NCBI GenBank assembly: GCA_965208125.1
Contig: OZ242320.1
Span: 5,683,751 to 5,747,750, forward strand
DNA: 64,000 bases
Direction: 5' to 3'
Source of the DNA: Candidatus Latescibacterota bacterium
Lineage (GTDB): Bacteria; Latescibacterota; UBA2968
Shown: positions 40,410 through 49,517 of the stretch, piece after piece
How the letters are laid out: the number at the start of each line of letters is the position of its first letter
Position numbering within the stretch: the stretch's first letter is position 1
The notes under the pieces: generated by a model
Database searches by the model: none
What the model was told of the DNA's origin: nothing
The model's input: only the letters and a program-made list of their open reading frames with translations
Made by a program: the position numbers and the translations under genes

Positions 40410-41444
40410 ATGCGACTGTGCAAACTGTCAAGAGAGTTGAGAGATGCGTACCGGGGATCGGGCGTCGCACGTCGAGTGCAGCACTTCGACGGCTGGCTCG
40501 ACCGGGCGGTGCTGGAGCCCGGTGGCGCGGGCGGGTACGATCACACGGAAACAGTGAAAGACTATTACGACCTTTGTAGCGGGTTCATGGTGTGGGGCTG
40601 GGGCCAGTCCCTGCACTTCGCACCCCTCACGCCTCATGAGAGTCTGGAGGAGTCCAAGGTCCGGCATCAGCGGCTGATGATTTCCAAGTTGGAGCTGCAA
40701 CAGGGTATGACGGTGGTCGACGTTGGTTGTGGAGTCGGCGCCCCCATGCGCCGCGTCGTCCGTGAGGCTGGTGTCAGGGTTGTAGGAATCAACATCAATG
40801 AGATCCAGTTGGAAGAGGCGAAGAGGTTGAACGCCGAGGCGGGGCTTGATCACATGGTCGATTTCGAGACGTGCAGCTTCATGGACATGAGCACCATTGA
40901 GGACGACACCTTCGACCGGGGTTATGCCATAGAGTCAACGTGCCATGCACCGGACAAGCAACGCGCCTTCGAAGAGGTATTCCGCGTGCTGAAACCCGGT
41001 GCCCTGTTCTGGGGGCAGGAAATGTGTCTGACGGGCAAGTTCGATCCGAAGGACGACCGGCATCGGGCCATCAAGGAGGATCTCAGGCGCGGCATTGCGC
41101 TGAGGGACATCGCCACCTTCGGGGAAGTGAATCACGCGCTCGGAGCCACGGGATTCCAAGTCATGGAAGGGATGGACCGGGCGATCCAGGAAGGACCCTC
41201 CACACCTTGGTATCAACCCATGGAGAGTCGCCATGGGACGGTCGGAAATGCCTTGCGCAGGCTTCCGTGGGGCCGTAAAGCGGTCATCACAGGATCGAAG
41301 CTGGCTGAAGTACTGCGGCTCTTTCCGAAGGGTTCCGCGGAAGTCATCCGACTCCTAGATCGGACCGCGGAGGCTTATATCGCGGGCGGCAAGGCGGGTA
41401 TCTTTACGCCGCTGTACTGTTTCTTGGCTCGCAAGCCTCTTTAG
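40410..41444 (+). CDS. Sterol 24-C-methyltransferase-like SAM-dependent methyltransferase
   Basis: YYD..WGWGQSLHFA (SMT region I), VDVGCGVGAP, YAIESTCHAP, VLKPG, GIFTPLY..ARKP. Confidence 0.85.
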   Translation: MRLCKLSRELRDAYRGSGVARRVQHFDGWLDRAVLEPGGAGGYDHTETVKDYYDLCSGFMVWGWGQSLHFAPLTPHESLEESKVRHQRLMISKLELQQGMTVVDVGCGVGAPMRRVVREAGVRVVGININEIQLEEAKRLNAEAGLDHMVDFETCSFMDMSTIEDDTFDRGYAIESTCHAPDKQRAFEEVFRVLKPGALFWGQEMCLTGKFDPKDDRHRAIKEDLRRGIALRDIATFGEVNHALGATGFQVMEGMDRAIQEGPSTPWYQPMESRHGTVGNALRRLPWGRKAVITGSKLAEVLRLFPKGSAEVIRLLDRTAEAYIAGGKAGIFTPLYCFLARKPL

Positions 41445-41635
41445 GCCCGCTTGGCGCGCCTTCGCGCGGGACCCTCAAGTCAGGGCCTCTCCGGAACCGC
41501 CAGCCGTATATGATGCGCCCGTAATAGTTGAACGAACGCTTTGCTGCGGGATCGTCAAAATGGCCATTCGCCGCGGCATTGTCCCTGTCTCCCTGTTGCT
41601 TTAGCCTCTTATCTTGCGCCCTCATCGGCTACCGC

Positions 41636-42730
41636 CTAATCAGAGATCGAATCCCCACTTCCCTTCGCAATCGTCGGATCGGGATAGAACTGCCGGCAAT
41701 AGCGGCGGTATTTCCCTATAGGTCCGTCTGCCCGACACAGCCGGGGGGGAGTTCGATACCGCTTCTGTTCCCAGATCACCATATCCTGCAGGACATCCCG
41801 TTTCTGTTGTGACATCAAAATGCGATTCATCAGCCTGTGGCGCAGCTTCATCGGCAGAAATCCCAGACCTGAGATGAATCGCCGGGGCCTGCGGATTTCC
41901 CGCAGTTGGCTGACCAGTGCAAGATCGATGAGGGTGCCGTCAATGGGCGTTGCGAGTACCCACAACCTCGCATCCATACCGATCGTCTTCTCGTGGATTT
42001 CGACGAAGGAGTAGCCCAGTCCATAGACATGGGTGATAGCCGAAGGTTCGTACACGAGGTCCTTTACACCCAGGATCCTGCGAACGCGTTTGAAGTCGAA
42101 GCAACTCTTCAAATAAGCACCATCTACCGTTACCGAACCGATCGGAGTCACATTGTCGTAACCATGCACATAGCGCAGGTGTCCCAGATCCACAGAGTTC
42201 TCAGTTGTTTCCTGGGGATGTCCACGGAATCGGAGTATGTTGAATCTCAGTTCACACCACTCTTGTCCAGTGGCAGGCTCAGTCGGCAACTCCCACTGCG
42301 GCGGTCTGCCTCCACTCCCGAACCAGGCGAAGACCATGCCGAGTATCTCTCGCGTCTCATATACTTTCAGTTTCGCGGCTCTGGGTGCCGGAGCATTCGG
42401 AGTCGCAACGCATTGGCCAGTCACATCGTACTCAAACCCGTGAAATGGACAGACGAGGCGACCGTTGCACACCTGGCCGCCGACCTCCGGCCCCATGTGC
42501 GAGCCCAGGTGCGGACATACCGCGTCGGCCACGCAGACGCGACCCGTATCGTCGCACCAGACGACGATTTCCTCGCCCAACCACGTCTTCTCGATCAGTT
42601 TCTCTCGCAGAATGGATTCGCGGCTTGCGACGAAATACCACCCCTCGGGGAACGCTGGTAGCGCATCAGCGCCATTCATGACTGGTCGATCAGTACTTCT
42701 GAGTAAGTCTGCTGATTCCGTAAAAGACAT
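41636..42730 (-). CDS. Rieske [2Fe-2S] oxygenase, Neverland/DAF-36/KshA-like
   Basis: FPEGWY, CPHLG, CPFHG, ENSVDLGHLRYVH, C-terminal DMVIWEQK...DGPIGKYRRYCRQFY. Confidence 0.85.
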   Translation of the reverse strand: MSFTESADLLRSTDRPVMNGADALPAFPEGWYFVASRESILREKLIEKTWLGEEIVVWCDDTGRVCVADAVCPHLGSHMGPEVGGQVCNGRLVCPFHGFEYDVTGQCVATPNAPAPRAAKLKVYETREILGMVFAWFGSGGRPPQWELPTEPATGQEWCELRFNILRFRGHPQETTENSVDLGHLRYVHGYDNVTPIGSVTVDGAYLKSCFDFKRVRRILGVKDLVYEPSAITHVYGLGYSFVEIHEKTIGMDARLWVLATPIDGTLIDLALVSQLREIRRPRRFISGLGFLPMKLRHRLMNRILMSQQKRDVLQDMVIWEQKRYRTPPRLCRADGPIGKYRRYCRQFYPDPTIAKGSGDSISD

Positions 42731-42853
42731 AAAGATCTCATTCCTGGAAGTTTCCCAAAGACGCCCTGAACAGCGCCGATGTCACGAGATATTCCCGTGC
42801 AAAATTACCAAAATCTATAAGCTATTTACTGCAGGTGGACAAGGTGAAAGATT

Positions 42854-45217
42854 TTATATCCCAAACCCTCCGCGTCGGTGCTCAAATTTTATTTGCGGGA
42901 TGTCCTTAATATTGATCTTAAAAAAGAAACCCTTATTAAAACCTGCGGGATACCACGAAAACCGAGCTTCCCAACAGTGGAGATCGCGGTAAAGCGATAG
43001 GCTTTGCGCCGAGATTTTGGCATCGGGCAGAACATCAATATTGATCGAATAGTCAATTCTTATGAATTGGCGAGGATTGATGCCAATATCTGCTTTGATC
43101 CAGGATGTTTTGCTCGTTGTATTGCCGAATCGCCGCATCGCAATATAATGAGAGAGATTGAATCGCCACGGCTGGCTGGCACCGCCAAAATCGCTGTACA
43201 AATCGCGCTCAAAGCCAAAATCTGCGCCATATCCCCCCCTGTATCCACCGCCATATCCAGCATCATATCCAGTATCATACCCAGGATCATATCCATCGGG
43301 AAGAGCGGACTGGATAACCATATTGTCTCGTCCACCTTGACCACCGGAAAAACGAAAATTGGAGGTAATCGTCAGGTTCTGCAGACGCGGATGCAAAAGC
43401 GACCGCTGGCCTGTGCTGTCATAGAGCGTATGGGTCATCGCAATGCGGACATCCACGCGACGATCGGGTTTGAGAGACGCGCTGGCGCGAAGCGGACGCC
43501 ATTTTTGTCTCGGCGCGTCAAAATCGTATCCCGTTGACAGATTGAGCGTCGCCAGAGTAAAACGACGCACATCGTCGTCGCGCTGGGTTTTGAGTTCAAA
43601 AGTATTGCCGATATTAAAATTTATGCTGCGTCTGGCATCATCCCATCTGCGATTGCCCCCAAAACCCATAGTCCCCTGAAATATGCTTCCCGATTGGTTG
43701 TAATTGAAATTCATCCGGGGCTGAAAGCGATGCCGAATGCCGCGTAACCGGCCGATTTGCGGTTGGAAAATGCCGTATAATGTCGTGCCCGAAGTCAGTG
43801 TCGCATTGTAAGACGTGCGTCGGGTTGTCGAATCGGTATCGCTATATATAAACTCTTCGCCAAAATTAAAGCTCGGTGTGAGATTGAGCCACCCCATAGG
43901 ACGGTGTTGGCTGTTGACTGTGACGCGGTTTTGAAGAGAGACGCGCTCCGTATTGGGCGCTGGATCGGGGTTGCGCGCAAAATTATTGGACAGCGTGCTC
44001 GAAAAACCGTAGTAAAAGGCGCGATACCACGGTCCTGTAACAGATGTCATTTCATTGTTGCCAAATATGCGGCGTCTATTTTGTCTAAAGCTGAGACGGG
44101 GAAAACCTTGAAAGCTATTGTTTTTTGTCCTCAGGTCGCGGTAATACGTCAAACTGCCATCAATGCTGCGTCCGGATTCTGTCCAACGTTTGTCAAAAGA
44201 AAAGCTGGACCTCAGTTGCCGATTGAGATAGCGATAAAGATTATTGCTATTGCGTCGGTCAAAGTTAGTACTGGTCGAAAACTGCCCGCTCCCCCTGATA
44301 TTGGTCGTGGCGTTGATGCGTTGCTGATGTTGCAAATTGAAGCGCCAATTGTGGGCAGTACCATCACCTGAAGTGTCGTGGTCGTATCCAATGTCCATTG
44401 AGCCGCTGAACCGATTGCGCCTGGCATAGGCAAATCGCGATTCGAGCAAAAATCCACCGCGCTCGCGCAAAGTGCTCTTAACCGTGGCATCCCAGTATTC
44501 ACTCGGCGCAAAATAATACCCCACATTGTGAACAAAAATGCCATCGCGGCTGTTGCTACCCACGCCCGGCGTGAGCAAGCCCGATTGCCGCCCGCGCTTG
44601 ACTGGAAAAACAAAAAAGGGAACCCAGAAAACGGGAATCGGGCCAATGCGAAAAGTAACAGATCGCCCAATCGCTTTGTCATTTTGCAAAATACGCACAT
44701 TTTTGCACAAAAAATCGTAGTGTACATGGTCGCGGTCACAGGTGCTTAAAGAGAGATCCAGAGCATTCAGCGCTTCTTGACCATCAAGCGCGATGTGGGC
44801 ACCGCGATAGTGCTTGCGCTGGTGTGACGCGCGTCCCTCTCGCACACTACCGCGTTCTGTATCCAGGTTATAAACCATGTACTCACCCAAAATTTTCTCG
44901 CTACCGCGGGTAAATTGGGGCGGTCCCACGATTTGTGCCCCGGTGGAATCGGGCAATGCGCGTGCTGTGACATGCCGGGTATTTTGATCGTACGTAATAT
45001 GACCTGCTTTGAGCTGCAAGTCGCGATAGCGCAAGGAGGCATTGCCGATCAATTCGACGCGCCTGGTCTGTACGTGATAAACGACCTCATCAGCGTCAAA
45101 TGTTATAGAATCGCCAGCGGCTTTCTGCGGCAAAACGGGTTGGCACCATCCCGGCGTAATCGCAAATAACAGGAACAAAACGAGCCACATGGCTTGTGTT
45201 TTATTACAAGTCTTCAT
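42854..45217 (-). CDS. lptD: LPS-assembly protein LptD
   Basis: Signal peptide, OstA-like N-terminal domain, STCD, RQSGLLTP, LYRDLHCWE, beta-barrel. Confidence 0.85.
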   Translation of the reverse strand: MKTCNKTQAMWLVLFLLFAITPGWCQPVLPQKAAGDSITFDADEVVYHVQTRRVELIGNASLRYRDLQLKAGHITYDQNTRHVTARALPDSTGAQIVGPPQFTRGSEKILGEYMVYNLDTERGSVREGRASHQRKHYRGAHIALDGQEALNALDLSLSTCDRDHVHYDFLCKNVRILQNDKAIGRSVTFRIGPIPVFWVPFFVFPVKRGRQSGLLTPGVGSNSRDGIFVHNVGYYFAPSEYWDATVKSTLRERGGFLLESRFAYARRNRFSGSMDIGYDHDTSGDGTAHNWRFNLQHQQRINATTNIRGSGQFSTSTNFDRRNSNNLYRYLNRQLRSSFSFDKRWTESGRSIDGSLTYYRDLRTKNNSFQGFPRLSFRQNRRRIFGNNEMTSVTGPWYRAFYYGFSSTLSNNFARNPDPAPNTERVSLQNRVTVNSQHRPMGWLNLTPSFNFGEEFIYSDTDSTTRRTSYNATLTSGTTLYGIFQPQIGRLRGIRHRFQPRMNFNYNQSGSIFQGTMGFGGNRRWDDARRSINFNIGNTFELKTQRDDDVRRFTLATLNLSTGYDFDAPRQKWRPLRASASLKPDRRVDVRIAMTHTLYDSTGQRSLLHPRLQNLTITSNFRFSGGQGGRDNMVIQSALPDGYDPGYDTGYDAGYGGGYRGGYGADFGFERDLYSDFGGASQPWRFNLSHYIAMRRFGNTTSKTSWIKADIGINPRQFIRIDYSINIDVLPDAKISAQSLSLYRDLHCWEARFSWYPAGFNKGFFFKINIKDIPQIKFEHRRGGFGI

Positions 45218-45450
45218 AATTTTAAAGTGTGTTGTAGATTATGTGGAGTACAAACGTAAATTCGGGATTGGGAAAAGTCAACAGAGGTCCCACAGCGGAA
45301 TCCACTGGATCAATGCTTTGCTTCACGTCCTGTACAAACAAAGGAATATCCCGGTTGTTCCGTTTTATTCTTGATACATTTTGAAGAAACCTATATTTTT
45401 TAACCTCTTGACATATTATGGACAGTCGCACAATTATGAAGCGACTGCGG

Positions 45451-45537
45451 GCGGACGTGGTGGAATTGGCAGACACGCCAGATTTAGGATCTGGTGGGGT
45501 AAAACCCGTGGGGGTTCGAGTCCCCCCGTCCGCACCA
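45451..45537 (+). tRNA. tRNA-Leu(TAG)
   Basis: GCGGACG/CGTCCGC acceptor stem, CCAGA-TTTAGGA-TCTGG anticodon arm, long variable arm, GGTTCGAGTCC, encoded CCA. Confidence 0.96.
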
Positions 45538-45658
45538 AAAACAATCAGACGATTCGAGGCTCCACTCTTCAAATCGCTGGCGCGAAAACTCCCTTTGGGG
45601 AGCTTTTTTATTTTTTTATATATCCAATGACAAAAAACAACATGAAAGTGAGGAATTT

Positions 45659-46930
45659 GTGGCAGCATTTTTGAATGACGATCAAGTCCGAAAAATTCGA
45701 GCGGAATTCGGCTCCCCTGTTTATGTTTACGACCAGCGCACGCTGGAAGCACAGGCCGAGGCTGTGTTAAATTTTCCCAATGCCTTTGGATTGACCGCAC
45801 GCTATGCGATGAAAGCATTGCCCAACAGCACCGTAATTCGCATCTTGACGCAAAAGGGATTGCACATCGACGCCAGCAGTGGATATGAAGCCGAGCGCGC
45901 CATGCGAGCCGGTGTGCCTGGCCCGTACATCATGCTTACGGCACAGCAGATACCCAAAAATCTGAAACACCTGATCGAGCAAGGCGTGATCTTTAACGCG
46001 TGTTCCCTGAATCAACTGCGAACATTTGGCGACATGTTCCCCGGGCGATCCCTCTCCCTGCGTATCAATCCCGGCATGGGATCCGGGCACAGCAAGCGCA
46101 CCAATGTGGGGGGACCTGCGGCGAGTTTTGGTATCTGGCATGAATATATCTCCGACGTCCATAAAATTTGCAAACAGCGCGATTTGACAATAACGACCAT
46201 GCACACGCATATCGGATCGGGCAGCGATCCCGAAGTGTGGGAGCGCGTCGCATTGATGTCATTGAAAATTTGCGTTGGATTTGAAAACACCACCACATTG
46301 AGCCTGGGGGGCGGGTACAAGATCGGGCGCCTGCCGGGCGAAGTATCCACGGATTTGCAGGTGATTGGGCAACACATGGCCGAAGCCTTTGAAATGACCG
46401 CGAGACAAACCGGACGCGCGTTGCGCCTGGAAGTAGAACCCGGCACATATCTCGTCGCAAATGCCGGCGCAATCGTCGCAACGGCAATTGATGTGGTAGA
46501 TACCGGGAAAGACGGGTACAAATTTATCAAAACAGATACCGGAATGACCGAAGTGATTCGCCCGAGCATGTACGGGGCACAACATCCCATCACCGTGGTA
46601 TCTGCCGAAGGAGAAGAACGCGGAGTTGACGAATATATTGTCGTGGGACATTGTTGTGAAAGCGGCGACGTATTAACCCCTGCGCCCGACGATCCCGAAG
46701 GGCTGCTACCCCGGCTATTGACAAAAACAAAAGCAGGAGACGCCGTGGTCATCGGTGGAGCGGGCGCGTATTGTGCGGGCATGTCATCTAAAAATTACAA
46801 CTCCTTTCCCGAAGCGGCCGAAGTATTATTGGACAGAGACGGCGCATTTCACTTAATTCGGAAACGCCAGACATTGGATCAGGTCCTGGAAAATGAAATT
46901 GTACCGGATTTTTTGACCTCTAAGAGCTAA
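45659..46930 (+). CDS. lysA: Diaminopimelate decarboxylase
   Basis: YAMKA, DASS, HTHIGSG, LGGG, EPG, CCESGD, GAY, NYNS. Confidence 0.92.
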   Translation: MAAFLNDDQVRKIRAEFGSPVYVYDQRTLEAQAEAVLNFPNAFGLTARYAMKALPNSTVIRILTQKGLHIDASSGYEAERAMRAGVPGPYIMLTAQQIPKNLKHLIEQGVIFNACSLNQLRTFGDMFPGRSLSLRINPGMGSGHSKRTNVGGPAASFGIWHEYISDVHKICKQRDLTITTMHTHIGSGSDPEVWERVALMSLKICVGFENTTTLSLGGGYKIGRLPGEVSTDLQVIGQHMAEAFEMTARQTGRALRLEVEPGTYLVANAGAIVATAIDVVDTGKDGYKFIKTDTGMTEVIRPSMYGAQHPITVVSAEGEERGVDEYIVVGHCCESGDVLTPAPDDPEGLLPRLLTKTKAGDAVVIGGAGAYCAGMSSKNYNSFPEAAEVLLDRDGAFHLIRKRQTLDQVLENEIVPDFLTSKS

Positions 46931-46933
46931 TCT

Positions 46934-48073
46934 ATGACTTATGACGCAATTGTATTGGGTGCTGGAATCAATGGATGCGGCATTGCGCGTGAACTCTCCG
47001 AGCGCGGGCAACGGGTGCTGGTACTGGACAAAGGCGCGATTGGCGGGGGCACATCGTCCAAATCATCGCGATTGATCCACGGTGGATTGCGCTATTTGGA
47101 AACGCGGCAATTTGGACTGGTGCGAGAGGCTTTGAGTGATCGTCTGGAACTTTTGGGACGCTATCCCGAACTGGTCTCAATGCGACCGTTTTATCTGCCA
47201 ATCTATCGCAAGAGCCCGCGTCCCGTCTGGAGGTTATGGACGGGTATCAAGCTCTACGACGCGCTGGCTGGGCGGCACAATATCTATCGGTCACGCAAGA
47301 TATCTCGAAAGCGATTTGTGCGTGAATTTCCCGCACTAAAGCGAGAAGGGATTCGGGCAGTACTGCGCTATTACGACGGCAAAACAAACGATCTGGCACT
47401 CACAAAGCGCGTGGCAGAAGACGCGCAAGAACTGGGATGTGTATTTCACGAAGGGGTTGACGTACAACACATAGCCTGGGATGAAACCGGGTTTGAGGTA
47501 GTAGTTGGCGAAACAAAATACCACAGTCACACCCTGATCAATGCAACGGGACCGTGGATTGATGAAGTCATAGCGCGCTATCATTTCCCCTCGCGATTTC
47601 AAATTCGCAAAGTGAGCGGCATTCACATTTTTGTAGATGGATTGCTCACACCCCATCCCCTATTTTTACAAACCCAGGGCAAGCGCATCTTTTTTGTTAT
47701 ACCCGAGCCAGAACGCGACCAGACAATAATTGGCACAACCGAGCGCGAGGAGCGAGGACGAGTAGATGACGTGGTGGTTCAAGAGGAAGATATCGATTAT
47801 TTGATTCGGGCAGTAAATGCGTATCTGATTTCAGGCTGCCAACTTCAGCGCACAGATATAACAAATGCCATTGTGGGCGTTCGTCCCCTCGTAGAAAAAA
47901 AAGGCGACGCTACCGCACTCTCGCGGGAATACGAACTGGATCTGCACACGCGCGGGCAAACTCAATTGCTCAATATATTCGGCGGAAAACTGACGACGTA
48001 TCTATCGCTATCACGTCGGGTCGCCAACACACTTGGCATCAAAGAAATAGCGTCAATCGCGTTGCGGGCTTAA
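46934..48073 (+). CDS. glpD: FAD-dependent glycerol-3-phosphate dehydrogenase/oxidase (short form)
   Basis: GAGING, GTSSKSSRLIHGGLRYL, NATGPW, GVRPL, GGKLTTY. Confidence 0.8.
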   Translation: MTYDAIVLGAGINGCGIARELSERGQRVLVLDKGAIGGGTSSKSSRLIHGGLRYLETRQFGLVREALSDRLELLGRYPELVSMRPFYLPIYRKSPRPVWRLWTGIKLYDALAGRHNIYRSRKISRKRFVREFPALKREGIRAVLRYYDGKTNDLALTKRVAEDAQELGCVFHEGVDVQHIAWDETGFEVVVGETKYHSHTLINATGPWIDEVIARYHFPSRFQIRKVSGIHIFVDGLLTPHPLFLQTQGKRIFFVIPEPERDQTIIGTTEREERGRVDDVVVQEEDIDYLIRAVNAYLISGCQLQRTDITNAIVGVRPLVEKKGDATALSREYELDLHTRGQTQLLNIFGGKLTTYLSLSRRVANTLGIKEIASIALRA

Positions 48074-48086
48074 TCGGAGAAAATAG

Positions 48087-49502
48087 ATGCTCAAAAAATT
48101 GGACAATTTCAAAACAGCAGTTATACCCGAGCGCAAATCGGGCTTCTGGCAAATGGCGGGACCGGGTGCCATCCTGGTCGGGCTATCCATAGGCGCAGGT
48201 GAGATCATTGTGTGGCCCCTCGTCGTCGCTGAATATGGGGCGAGCATGATCTGGGCTGCGGTACTCGGTGTATTTTTGCAAATGTGGATCAACTTTGAGG
48301 TCGGGCGATGGACAATTGCCACAGGTGAAACAGTATATACGGGATTTGCGCGCGTGTGGCGTGGCTTTGCACCCCTGTTTATTTTAATCACATTATTCTC
48401 CTGGATCGCCCCGGGATGGGGACGCGCCTCGGGATTGGCTCTCAAAGCACTGCTGGTCGGTCCCCAGGGTTGGGGATCGGACACGTTTTGGACCGTGATT
48501 ACATTTATCGGCGTCGCACTCATTTTGTTTGGGCCCAAGCTCATTTACAATTCAATGGAAAAAGCCGTTGAACTCATGGTGGCGATTGTCACCATAGGAT
48601 TAATTATGGTGGCTTTTGCCGTGGGCACGGCAGAAACGTGGATCGACCTGGGAAAAGGAATCGCAAACATCGGTTACAAAGATCCAAACATGTCGGTAAA
48701 GGCACTATTCATCGCCATCGTCTTTGCCGGAGCTGGGGGAACAGCAAATTTGTTTTACACCTTTTATTTGCGCGATAAACACATCGGCATGGGCGCACAT
48801 GTGCCAATCATGCAAAATCCATTGCGGAGCCGCGTAGAAGCCATACCGTCAACCGGATTTGTATTTGAAGAAACAGAAGAAAACGCGACAAGATTCAAGG
48901 CCTGGTGGGACTATATAAAAAAAGATCAGATGTTGTTTTTTTGGGGATTAAACTCCATTACAATGATGCTGTTCATCTTTGGATCGCTCGCAGTCCTGCA
49001 TCCCCAGGGCATCGTGCCTGCACCCGGCACGCTGATTTGGGACGAAGCCGCTATTCTGGGCGAAATTTGGGGTGACATAGGCCGTGTGATTTTTCTCCTG
49101 GTGGGGCTGGCAACGCTATTTGGCACACAACTCGCCCTCGTAGATGGGGTTGCGCGGTCAATCGCAGACATTGTATATACCAATTTTAAGGGCGCGCAAA
49201 AACGAGAACTGAGCTGGTGGTATCTCCTCGTCGCGGGAATATGGATTGTGGCTGGATGTGTGATCACTTTTGTGATGGAACAATACGGTGTAAGCGAGTT
49301 GGGCTTTCTATTTAATGCGGCCTACATGGGCGGATTTGCCATGGCGATTTACGTCCCGCTGATGCTGTACATTAATTATCGCTACTTGCCAAAAACCGCC
49401 CGGCCGGGCAAAGGATGCACCGCGATGATGGCTATTGCATCGCTGGTCTATGTGGTATTTGCCATCGCCTGTATTCTGTGGGAAGTGGGAATTCTGGCAT
49501 AA
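48087..49502 (+). CDS. Nramp-like (YcsG-type) transporter
   Basis: GPGAILVGLSIGAGE, EVGRWTIATGE, about 11 TM helices. Confidence 0.75.
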   Translation: MLKKLDNFKTAVIPERKSGFWQMAGPGAILVGLSIGAGEIIVWPLVVAEYGASMIWAAVLGVFLQMWINFEVGRWTIATGETVYTGFARVWRGFAPLFILITLFSWIAPGWGRASGLALKALLVGPQGWGSDTFWTVITFIGVALILFGPKLIYNSMEKAVELMVAIVTIGLIMVAFAVGTAETWIDLGKGIANIGYKDPNMSVKALFIAIVFAGAGGTANLFYTFYLRDKHIGMGAHVPIMQNPLRSRVEAIPSTGFVFEETEENATRFKAWWDYIKKDQMLFFWGLNSITMMLFIFGSLAVLHPQGIVPAPGTLIWDEAAILGEIWGDIGRVIFLLVGLATLFGTQLALVDGVARSIADIVYTNFKGAQKRELSWWYLLVAGIWIVAGCVITFVMEQYGVSELGFLFNAAYMGGFAMAIYVPLMLYINYRYLPKTARPGKGCTAMMAIASLVYVVFAIACILWEVGILA

Positions 49503-49517
49503 AAAAGGAAGAGACCA

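Larger units (their letters stand above)
33780..42815. mobile_element. GC-rich acquired island (RND + P450 + methyltransferase + Rieske)
   Basis: Visible shift to GC-rich codons; interrupts the lptD-dtd gene order; flanked by duplicated lptD-derived sequence. Confidence 0.65.

Noticed and set aside
45451-45537. tRNA-Leu as the att site of the sterol island
   Set aside because: No duplicated tRNA 3' end or integrase seen, and intact lptD lies between the tRNA and the island
45222-45818. ORFs of 198, 97 and 70 aa spanning this interval
   Set aside because: They overlap tRNA-Leu and the lysA start; spurious translations
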